Below, piece by piece: positions 24,000-35,151 of a stretch of 64,000 bases of DNA. Every line of letters begins with the position of its first letter. Position 1 is the stretch's first letter. The position numbers and the translations under genes are program-made. The stretch lies in assembly GCF_018977255.1 (NCBI RefSeq), contig NW_024704743.1, positions 26,846,001 to 26,910,000 of the forward strand. Reading direction: 5' to 3'. The DNA is from Callorhinchus milii (lineage: Eukaryota). Under the pieces are notes generated by a model that was not told the origin of the DNA, did not search any database, and saw nothing but the letters and a program-made list of their open reading frames with translations.

Positions 24000-24320
24000 C
24001 ACAAGAGATTTTCGGTCTACTCTACTACTTTCGCATTATAGTATTAGGCTGTTTCTTAAATGCGTCCAATGTCTTGCCTTCACCTCTCTTAGTAAAGAAA
24101 TACTTCCCGGCGTCTGTCCCTATAATTGCCCCTCTTAAACTATGGTATCTTGGCTTACTGCTCTTGTGGATCTGAAAGCCTTGTTCCAGGTATATTTTTC
24201 CTGTCCAGTCAAATATCGTGTGTACCTTCATGTACCCTCTGACACAGTTTTTCTGAGGCTGAAGAGCTCTAACATCTAGTTCTTCCCCATAGCTAAAGTG
24301 ATGCTGTCTTGACAGCATGT
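24000..24320 (-). mobile_element. CR1 ORF2 3' fragment, diverged
   Basis: Translation '..FSYGEELDVRAL..RYHSLRG..GKYFFTKR..TLDAFKKQ' matches the CR1 C-terminus. Confidence 0.65.
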
Positions 24321-26327
24321 TTCATAAAATTTCTGCTGAGCTGTTCAATAGTATTTCTCTGTCTGTTGGTTGCAATAGGACCTGCAAAGAAGGAGACAAT
24401 AAACAGAGGAAACCTACAACACACAGAGCACTCTCCTAGTATTAATCCTTATATTTGATAAAGCACCATTCATGTCGAGAGAAAACAATAGACAATTTGT
24501 TCTCAGCAATGTCCCACAAACAGTCAAGGAGTGAGTGACCAATTTTTGGGGGAGCTTGTTGGCCAGGACACTGGGAGAAAGTCCCTTCTCTTGTTGAATA
24601 ATGCCATGAGAAAATCCAAATTCCAAAATTCCTGCAAATGGAGCAAAGCAAAAGAAAACAACAGGAATAATACAAACTGGGAGGTTCCAGTCTCCAAACG
24701 TTCTATCATTCAGCTCTTAAAGGGTTAGTTATTGTCGCTCCCTTGTGTGGACTTGGAGTTTTGTTTTAAAGGACGATTCCATTGTGAGCCTTTCACTTTG
24801 CCAGACAGCACAGGTGCTTTGAAAAGATAGGGAAGCAAGGAGTAATTAACATCTAAATGATGCTTATTTTTTAAAACACTAATTACAGTAATTAATGCAT
24901 GAATGCTTTATCATTTTCTTGACAGAAGCGTTTCCTCATTATCCTCACTTTCCAGTTTTTATTGATACTTTTTGTTCCTGGTGTCTGCAGAGTGAAAATG
25001 CAGAGATAGAATTCCAAGAATGCGATAGAAGACAAAAGACATTTGCTTCATTGGTCGGGGAGGGCGGAATTATTTGACTCGAGCAGTCTTGTTGCATATG
25101 ATTTTTTTTAAACTAGATCAGAAACCCGTCTCAAATGTAGCTCCAAAAAAATGACTGAACTGCAGTACATATTAAAAGAGAGTGTGCTATTTTTGCAAAA
25201 TGCTGATAAAGTCAAAGCAGGAAGGAAATAATAAGAAAGAAAAACAATCATAGAGCTGAAATGTTAGTCGTACATTGTATAATATGAATTAATGGGGAGA
25301 ATTCGACTAAGGGGGACTTCTCTTGACACTGGGTATTTCTGTGAGGGTGTGCTTACTTTGCCTACCTACGGCAATACTTTTCTCACCTGAAAAAAGATGA
25401 GGGCTATGTGTTCTGCTATTGGTACTGTGGCTGTCATTCAACTATGGCAACCAACCTCCTTTGCTAACCTATTATTAGCCAGCACAATTTAGGAAACTGA
25501 TGGCGTGGCTTCTTAGTTCCTATAATTTACACTGTCTGACCACGAAGATGTCTTCTCTATATATTAAATCAACCTGTGAGTTCATGGCTCAGCTTGATTT
25601 GTGGATACTCTGTGTGAAATCTCAGGTTCTGCCATAATGGAGAGCCTGTCTTGCTGGATAATTGAAATCAGTGTATAATTTAGATCCTACTTTTTTTTGG
25701 AAGGAAAGCACTGCATTTCACTGTTTTCAACATTATTGATTTTCTAGCTATGAATATCTTAAACCATGCAAAACTTTGGAATTGAAAGTGTGTGCAAAGC
25801 CCAATTTCCAATTCTTATGAAAATTTACTTTAAAATTTACTTGAAATCTTGAAACCTGTTGTAAGCATCTCAGACTTTCAGAAAATGGATATTGTTTTGG
25901 GGGTGGGGGGTCAGCTGTGTGTCTGACACATGTGGAAGTTTATTTATTTATGGATTAAATGCAACAATGACGCCATGGATTGACCTGGTCTTGTCTATGT
26001 TGTGACCCTTTCCAGCTCTTCGCTGGTTGTAAAATCCAGCCAGCTCTGCAATAATTTTCTCTCACATTCCTCTTAAGTTTCAAATAAGCTGTGTGTTATG
26101 CTTTTCTTCTTCCCTGCATCTGCTCTGCATTGAAATCAGGATTGAGCACACTGCCTCCTACTTTAATTTCATTTTTTACTCCCGGGCTCAAGATTGTGAA
26201 AACTTTTAACTTCCTCGGGCTTCCCTTCCTCTTATGTTCTTCTAAAGCCCAAATTCAGCTTCAATTCATTACAATTTCAGGATTCAACCTTGCTTTTCTC
26301 CTTTTTTCTTCAGCCTTGATCTGTATC

Positions 26328-26400
26328 TTCAGCGCCTTGGGACGTCCTCCCGACGTGAAAGGCGCTCTATAAATGGAATCTTGTTGTTGATGTTGTTGTG
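26328..26400 (+). mobile_element. Minimal L2 tail-only insertion
   Basis: 'cagcgccttgggacgtcctcccgacgtgaaaggcgctctataaatggaatcttgttgttg' is identical to the young L2 tail. Confidence 0.85.
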
Positions 26401-26581
26401 TCCTTAATTTTTCACCAATAAATCTTAGCAAATTTTTGAAGGTATTTATTAAAGACAATAAATTAATTCAGGCCACCAGGTTTGCCTTCTGTTCCCCCTG
26501 TCAAATACCTTAAAGGTACTCCCGATGCTGGAGTTGTTCAGTGGACTTGTACATCCTTTTACGAACCCTATAAATTAGATT

Positions 26582-26635
26582 CTTTACACTTCACAGACCC
26601 TTCCTGCATTTGTGGAGGGTCTGTGAAGTGTAAAG
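26582..26635. repeat. Perfect 20-bp inverted repeat with 14-nt loop
   Basis: CTTTACACTTCACAGACCCT (26582-26601) / AGGGTCTGTGAAGTGTAAAG (26616-26635). Confidence 0.95.
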
Positions 26636-28799
26636 GAAACAATAGGTTTTGGCAATGGGATTGGATACAGGTAAGAAAGTTTATATTTTATTATCTCTGT
26701 AATTATTTGGGAAATGTAGCCTGGCTGCATGGAATGAGCCATTCAACGAGCCAAAGACGGAAATCACTTCCCGGCATTCGAAGGCTATTATGATAAAAGG
26801 AAACCAGTGTCTTTGCTGGCCGACCAAGTCCTGATTATATCAGAGTCTAAGTTAAGAAGATTTTTAAAGGAATTTGAAAATATCAAATTCTTCAAGTCGC
26901 TGGATGTGTCTGCTGCTGACCTGTTAAGAAGTTAACATTCGCTGTTAATTTAACATTCTCTCTGAAAAAGCCAATCTCATAGCCAAAGTAAGCTCCCAGT
27001 GGTTGGCAGGAGATTGGCGTCTGAGCAAAGTTCTGGTAGGTTGACCTGAGATATGGTCGGCTACAACCGGGATTCTAATATTTGCAGATCCTTTTGCAAA
27101 TCCCTGCCAATTGGAGTCTATTGTTGCATGTTTTGTTGTAGGATGCAGCATCAAATTGACTGGACCTCTCACTTTTGAGCTGCCATAAATTACGAAGAGG
27201 AGCAGAAGGAAAGATTGATATCAAAGGGCCTTGAAATGGCCATAAAAGTCTCCTCTCTGGAAGTATCATGAGCAAGTTGCACTCAGTTGAACTCCTTCAA
27301 CATAGTGAGTACCTGTAAGAGTATTTGACTGATTTATGATTTGAGGATGACCTATTTCTAGGTGGAGTACCAGATTTATTGAATTAGTACACCATGTGTA
27401 CTTCATTACCCTGTATAAATGTATATAATGTGAGTTATATAACAGTAATGATTTTTTAAAAAATGACTTTTAGTACATCATAATTTGCCAAAGTGCCTTT
27501 GTCAAGAAGCTTCGCTCCAGATTTATCACCTCTTTTGGTTATAATTCTTTGGGGAGTTAAGTAGCATGAAGCAGCTTAGCTACGATTAATATTTCTCATA
27601 GAAAATCTATGATTCTCAGAATTGCAAATGTAGTAATAACAAAGTAAGTAACTTCTTGATGGGAGCGCCATTGCGGAAGGATTTATGCCTTTCATCCAAC
27701 AGTTCAAATAATGCAATGAACAGGAAATAAATGGTTTCCTCAATAAAATAAGCACTCATTAACACATTGCTCAATAACATGCATCTGATTTGGGTGAGTT
27801 GTTAATGTTTCACTTGCATTTTGCACTTCTGTGAAATTAATGGAGTATGTGTGGTACGATTATTTGGAAAATTTGTCTCCATCCAAGAAAAAGATTTCTC
27901 CTCCAGTACAACACTAGAGGACACTCACTTTATATTTAATTATTGTATTCCTGTGTGTAACACTGCTGATTGTACACAGGTTTCTGCAAAACGTGTTTCC
28001 AATACTATCAGCAGTTAGAGATAGCTGCAGAAATAGGCTCTTTTACTTTCCATGTCAGGTTATACTTTTCTCTTTCTGTGCAGAAAGGTTAAGTTTATTT
28101 GATTGTTTTGGGTGTCTCACCCACACCACCAATTCTATTGACAGATTTTGCACTTGGAAGTCCTAGTGCTTTGAACCGCAATAAACCATTCTATTCGTGA
28201 GCCATTTTTACTTTGAACCTCAAACTGATTTATGCCAAAGAATTATTCAATTTGTTGGTTTGGACCCTGAACAAGTCACTCAATATATTTTTTTTGCTAC
28301 GGCAAAATACTGTCAATAAACTAGTCTCATTTGCATCTTGTCATTGAAATGTTAGTGAATGACCTTCTACAATTAATAACAATAATCCTTGCATATGATA
28401 GAGTATCTTTCACATCGGAGGATGTCTCAAAGCACTTCATAGGATTTACCTGACGTGGAGTGATTGTGCATTTGTGTCATCTGGCACTTTTCCCACCCCC
28501 TTAAAAACAGCCATCATCTTTCCCACCCTTCCAAAAACCTGAATGACTAATTTTATTTAAGGGACTGTTGGCCAAAACACTAAGAGAAACTCCCTTCGAG
28601 CCAAAGACAGCCTCTGATTCAGATACACGAAAGCAGAAGAAGAGTGAACAAATTCAAAGGGCAATTTTAGTACAGACACCAATCAATAATTATTTTCACC
28701 AATGGCAATCTGATAGATACATAACACCAAGCAGCTGAGATGCTGGGCTTCTTCTCAGAGTGCACTATACATGTTGCAGCAACTTCCTGAGACAATGCA

Positions 28800-29110
28800 A
28801 CACAATTTATACATTTAATCAGCACCTTTCACGTCAGCAGGATGTACCAAAGTGCTTAACATTCCTGGTTGGGCACCCGAGCTGGTCTTGTGAACCGAGG
28901 GAGTGAAATGAAGGGACTGTGGGATGGCGTGCCAGAGAGTCGGGGCAAAATGGTTGAAAGCTCATTCGTCAATGATGGGGTGGATAGGGAGGGGATACAT
29001 GAAGCAGGTTGGTGCTCGCTGAGCGAAGGGATTGAGGATTGAGGAGGTCGCAGTGATAGGGTGGGGGCAGGACAAGGATCTTGAACCCAATCCGCTCGGG
29101 GATGAAGAGA
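28800..29110 (-). mobile_element. L2 3' fragment
   Basis: Reverse complement 'gggttcaagatccttgtcc..ctctctggcacgccatccc..tgacgtgaaaggtgct'. Confidence 0.7.
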
Positions 29111-30319
29111 CGGACCACAGTCTGATTTCCCTTCTCAACCCAGGGCCCTTGTATTTTAGAGTTTTATCCATGAGAGTTGGCAGATTTCGTAATATTAGAA
29201 GCTTGCCTTTTTTGGGTTTTGAACTGTTGTTTTTTTTTAAGTTGAAGAAGCCGCGTGTGAAAATAAATGGAACTGAAGCACTGTTTCCTGGCAGGAGTTC
29301 ATGTTCATGTCCCCGTAAGCCATTACATAAATTCCTTGATTAAAAGATTAAATTTTTAAAACTTGCATAGATTAATTTTGTTCTGGACCGCTAATGCCAT
29401 TAATACTGATAGAGTTGATAACCACTGATAATGCTATTAACACTAAATGAGATTCCTGTTTGAGTTAATTACCAGATTTGTGGCATTATAATTAATCCCC
29501 TGATTCAAATGACAAAGAATTTCTCTGGTTTAAGAATAATGAAGCCGCGAGCTCCCAGTGTGACTACTTGACACTTTGACTGTTTATTTGCCTCAGGTCA
29601 GACAATGGAATTAAACAGATTTTCAAACGTTCGAAATACAAATGATCAAGTAAATGGTGAGGAAAACAGAGCTGACCACTTGGAAACTAACGGCAGCTGC
29701 TTAATGTTCACATGTATCTGGCAATTCACAGTGTTTCTCAGAGGAGTCTTGACTCTGAAATCTGCAATCAACGCAAATTTCCAAAAGAACTCCGGGATCA
29801 AATTATTCATATCTTTCTGTCACAAGATGAGAAATCTGTTATAATAAACAGGCAAAAAATTCTCTAATTGTGAATGATCAGATTAAGCCATGAAGGGAAA
29901 CCTCCACTATAACGGCACATGCAAAACATTTGTTCATAGTATTTATAGTGGCAGCTTTAAGTTGCACCGCACTATCCACTGTGAATGCAGAATCAATGCA
30001 AAATGTGATGTTTCAAAACAGATTCAATAATTAACATTTTTAAAATGGTACAATCTGTTATGAAACATTGCAGTTCTCCATTTATTTTATAGACTCCTCA
30101 TGAACACGAATCCTCTCCCCTCCACCTTATAATTTTAACCTCACTGAAATTTTCCAAAAATATCCAGCATGCTGGAATGTTAACTGAATGGGACTGAGTG
30201 GATCAAACTTCAACTTACTGATGAATTAAACTTCCCCATTTAGAAATCCCAATAAAGCTAACATCATCAAGAAGCATGTATATTAAGATTTTTGAACTGT
30301 ATGGAAATCCATCATGGAA

Positions 30320-30515
30320 CCCCTCCTACTCACTCCCTCTCCTCTCATTCAAGGCCCAACTCAAGACGTACCTCTTTAACTGTTCTTACGGTCATCTTTC
30401 TCTTTCCCATCCCCTTCTTCTACCATCCCCAGCATCTCCCATTCTTAGCTCAGGTGCCCATCCAGCAGTGTCAAGCACTTTGAGACTTCCTCTTGACATG
30501 AAAGGCACTATATAA
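30320..30515 (+). mobile_element. L2 3' end fragment
   Basis: SFKAQLKTYLF and tail 'gacatgaaaggcactatataa'. Confidence 0.75.
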
Positions 30516-30923
30516 TGTAGAATATATTGTGTGGTATATATGTATTCTTCAGACTGGCCTTGATATTTAATGCTGGTATTTACTGATATCAACATGAGAA
30601 GTTTGTTAGGGTATGGAATTGATAACCAAAAGTCTCTATTGGAGTTGTATTTGTGGATTTGTGGAGACCCCTTTGGAAGTAAAATCAATATTATGGGATG
30701 TGGGTCAAGAGCTAGAAACTGGGAGTACTAAAACGTGTTATGGACGGGGTGGGGCAGAAGGGAACAATTATTTACTGAAAAAAATCCATGGGCTGGCTCC
30801 ATCTGCGCTGCAAACCCCAGTACACTGGAACCAAAGTGGCCTACTGCTATGTCATCAGGTTACTGCCGATATCACTTCCTGTATTTTGAACTGCTGCTGG
30901 AGTCGGTCATCATTCTGTGGAAA

Positions 30924-31515
30924 CAGAAACATAGAAATAGGACTAGGCCATTTAGTCCCTTGAAGCTGTTCCACCATTCTATAAGATCATGGCTGATCTA
31001 TACTTCAATTACCCGCCCTTAATACCCTGACTAACAAATATCTATCCAACTCAGTATTGAAGATGTGAATGGATCTAGCATTCACAGCCTTTGGGGGAAA
31101 AAGTTCCAGATTTCCACTACCCTTTGGGTGAAAAACTGCCTCCTAATTTCACTGCCTCCTAACTGGCCTAACTCTATTTTTTAAGATTAAGTTCCCTTTT
31201 TCTGGATTCCCTTACTAGAGGAAATAGTTTCTCTGTATCTTCCCTATCGAATCCCTTTACTACTTTAAAAACCTCAATCAGATCACCCCTCAACCCTCTA
31301 AACGCAAGGGAATAGAGACAAGGTTGATACAACCTATCATTTTGGTGAATCTGCACTGTACCCTCTCCAGAGCCAATATAACCTTCCTGGAGTATGGTGC
31401 CCAAAACTGAACGCAGTACTCCAGATGGGGTCCCCCCAAGGCTCCATATAGTTGAAGCATCAGTTCCTCTCCTTTATATTCCAGCCCCTTGAGATAAAGG
31501 CCAGCATCCCATTAG
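30924..31515 (-). mobile_element. CR1 ORF2 C-terminus and 3' end
   Basis: LRGDLIEVFKVVKGFDREDTEKLFPL; PHLEYCVQF region at ~31410-31430; 3' '(ttctatgt)' type end. Confidence 0.88.
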
Positions 31516-32127
31516 CAGTGATTGGTTGTGCCCCATTATAACTCTGGTCAGGTTTTTATAGACGTCAATTCCTAAGTTATAACAGGTTTCCACTCTATTT
31601 CTCCTTGATGAGGGAATGCCTCAACTAACTAGTGTGTTTCTGAATGCTGTTGATTCGTATATTGAAAGCAATACTTATTATTATATTTGCAATTGGTGTC
31701 CTAAGACTTATTAAAACCAATCATTTTAAAAGTGTGTTTCCACTGCAGTCTGATTATTTGCTGCAATAAGCATAACTGATGAATAGTAAGTAGGAAATTT
31801 GCCTCATTGTATTGTATGATTTGCAAGGTACAACTATGTAATTTGGTGTGACTTTCCTTACTGCCTCTAAAGTGAGCAGAATTTCTGTTAAATCTTGAGC
31901 TGCAGTGTTAAGACCATAAAACACCATTTATAAACATTGTTACAAGAAAGTATATTTGTCCACTGTATGGTGCTATCAGGATGCATTGATGATTTAAACA
32001 GATAGAGCTATTTCTCTGCCTTGCATTTGCTGAATCAAATCAACCACTAGAATTGTTTCTATAGTGGAACAACATTATTTTATCTCAGGCTTAAAATTCT
32101 ACCTGGTCTTAGCCCAGGAGAACATTG

Positions 32128-32410
32128 AATTGGCTGAAAGGAAGGAAACAGAAGATATTCTTTAGGGAGCTAGGTAAAAATAGGGAGAAATATTAAGCAG
32201 GATGCCGCAGGGATTTGTACCGCCAACTGTTTCTCATATATATTAATGCCCTAGATTCACAGATGCAATCTAAGACAAGTTTTTCTTTACGCAAAAGGTA
32301 ATCAACAACTGGAACAGTAAAGGTGGTAGAATCACATGGAGTATAAAACCAGCACAGATCGGTGTGCTGTTTGTTCTGTTTCCATTCTGTACAGTCTATA
32401 TAAATCTATG
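32128..32410 (+). mobile_element. Internally deleted CR1 fragment, copy A
   Basis: NWLKGRKQ..FLIYIN region joined directly to the FFTQKV 3' region. Confidence 0.7.
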
Positions 32411-32420
32411 TAACCGTTTG

Positions 32421-32545
32421 TCTTAAACATTTAAGATGCTGCAGAATTGTGGAAAATTCTTAAATTCTGTCCTAATTTGGAAAATTGACCTTCTGCAGTT
32501 CTCAAAGGAACCAGTATCCACATTATGACTTCACTGAAAATGTTT
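32421..32545 (+). mobile_element. Copy of unnamed MITE-like repeat
   Basis: 'aacatttaagatgctgcagaattgtggaaaattcttaaattctgtcctaatttggaa..ttctgcagttct' aligns to 55301-55380. Confidence 0.65.
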
Positions 32546-33539
32546 TGAATATCACTGGCCATTTTAAATTTTAGGATAATATGGCATTACAGGTGAAGAA
32601 TAGGTACAATTTTAAGTCACCCAGCCCTAAATACTCAGGACATCTGTCTTCAGTTGGCTTATAATTTTAATTTATACATTGATTATAAATGAAAAATAAA
32701 TCTTTGGTGAAGCAGGAAATTTAAATGAAGGATAGATCTTGCACATTTCTTGCTGTTATGGATTATTTGGTCAGGTTAGTTTGTTTTCCAAAAAGCACAT
32801 TTAGTGAGTCTGTGATGCATATCTTGGTACTAGGTAAAGTATATGTATACCTTTAAACACACCACTGCCAGGAAAAGCCATCACCACATTTATTATTGTC
32901 ACTGGAGCTGCAAACACTATTTAAATGACTTTCGTACACCTTCCTTTCTTTCATAGTTTTACATTAGCTCAGAAGTATTGTCTTCAATCCCCAGTGGTAA
33001 TAGGTTTTAATTTTTTTTAAATGCTACCACTGATGTTAGAGAATTGCATTGTGCAGATTGCCTACATTATATTTTTAACATTGCATACATTTCTTTACAT
33101 AAATCACCTGCTAATAAAATGATTTGAAAGCAATAATCTCACTAAGAAGTCCGTGTGACCACCATAAACCACAAGAGCAAAGTTTATATGGCTTATGAAG
33201 ATCAGATAAACTTGTCCAAAAATCAGGCATGTACTGACATTAGGGATCAAATTTTGGTCACTCAATCCACGACTGTTTGTGGGACATTGCTGTGCACAGT
33301 TGGCTGTCGTGTTTCGCCCACAAAATACATAGTCGATCCACTTTACAATATATTCTGGGAAGTGCTTTGAAACATCTCAACAATGCGATAAGGTGCTGTA
33401 ACAAATGCAAGGATTATTATTATTATTAGTGTGCTAGAGAATCAGCTGCATTCCATACTGTTCCCTTCCCCAACCTTATGACTATAACTAAACCATCAGT
33501 GATCAGTCATCTATCCACATAAAGGAGCATTGTTACCAC

Positions 33540-33990
33540 ATTTCAATGAATTATAGCAGGTTTCCTTAGTAATAGGAATAGTTGATATAGTTAATAATAA
33601 CTGCAGTCACTGGGTATCAAGGACAAGACATGAACACGGATTCAGAATTGGCTGAAGGGAAAAAAGCGGAGGATGTTTTCAGGAAACTAGGTGAAAATGG
33701 GGAAAGATATTAAGCAGAGTATCACAGGGGTTTGTACTTTGAACTGTTTCTCATATATATTAATCCCCTTGATTCGCAGACCCTATCTAAGACACGTTTT
33801 TTCTTTACGTAGAAGGTGTTCAATAACTGGAACAGGTTGCCAGTAAAGGTGGTAGTATCCAGGACAATGGACTCATTCAATAAGCAGCTTGACTTTATGA
33901 TGTGGGAAGGTAGGGTGGAGTTCTGGTGGGATGAGATTAGATGGGCTGAATGGTCTTCTTCATCAAGACCAACCTTGTGATCTTATGAGC
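33540..33990 (+). mobile_element. Internally deleted CR1 fragment, copy B
   Basis: Same deletion junction as 32128-32332 ('gattc.caga...atctaagaca.gtttttctttacg'), followed by a CR1 3' end. Confidence 0.75.
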
Positions 33991-34109
33991 TCCATATCAC
34001 AACAACAACAGATTATATTTGGATAGCACCTTTCACATCAGGAGAATGTCCCAAGGCACAACTGGGAATTCCTATTTTAATAGATACATAAATATTTCAT
34101 AGATGGGAA

Positions 34110-34345
34110 ACATAGAATCACAGAATATTACAGCACGGAAGGAGGCCATTTGGCCCATCGTGCCTGTGGCGGAATGAGCAGAAAAAGGCATCAAGTTTGC
34201 TTCCAGGAACCCCCTTTCCCCCATACAATGTAAACCTGTACATCTCTCTGGACATCTGGTTCCGTCCTAGAGGAGGTGAAGATACAAACAAAGCAAAAAA
34301 CTCCAAGGCCAATTCCGAGGAAAAAAGATTTACCTGGAAAATATC
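34110..34345 (-). mobile_element. CR1 3' UTR fragment
   Basis: Reverse complement ends 'gatgggccaaatggcctccttccgtgctgtaatattctgtgattctatgt'. Confidence 0.75.
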
Positions 34346-35118
34346 TTGCCGAGTCCTGCAGTTACAAAACATGGCGGATGAAGCTCTCAGTCTGCAGCTG
34401 CTGATCTGTTCTTCCTTGAGAAAATTGTCTAATTCTATGGGCGTACATCACCAAGGTGATACTGCTCTGGAGATAGATTGCATCAGGTCAGAGTTCTGCA
34501 AGTCAGCAAGATACATTTTACCCATTTGTGGGTTATTAAGGAATTCTGTTACAAATCACTGCAAGTTAGATCTCATTGAGCACATAACTAACTGCTACAA
34601 ACCAAAAGGGATAGAAAGGTAAGCGCATAAGAAAGCATTGAACAGAAAAAAGATTAGCTGCTTAAACCTATTCCCTGCACAGTCCATGAAAGACCTATCC
34701 TTCCATCACTTTCACCTCAACTATTCCGTTTCCAAGGGGACAGACACTCTCTGCTGCTCAAATAAATGACTGGGAATGAGTAAATGCATTCCCTCTCCCT
34801 TCTCCCTCTCCCAGCATTGGCCCTATTATGACTGCCATGAATCACAAAGGTACCCCCATTCACCCTTGAAAAATGATCTGGCCATAGTGAACATTCAGGA
34901 ATTTAGTCATTTGATCAATTGCATTTACAAATTTCTGATGACAATGGCCCTTTAAGTCAGAGCATATAGCAGAAGCAGCAGACATAAAATAACTTTAATT
35001 AAAGCTCCCACTGGAGTGCCATTAGTGACACTTTCATGTCTGAAAGGCAATTTGGATTAATGAAACCACACTCTGAATATTAATGTAGTGGTTATATACA
35101 CCACTCTGAGTGCGAATG

Positions 35119-35151
35119 GCGTGTGTGTGTGTGGATGTGCGTGTGCGTATG
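35119..35151. repeat. Imperfect (GT)n microsatellite
   Basis: gcgtgtgtgtgtgtggatgtgcgtgtgcgtatg. Confidence 0.8.

Noticed and set aside
34197-34622. 141-aa ORF
   Set aside because: The first third is antisense CR1 3' UTR; the rest has no recognisable domain or splice context
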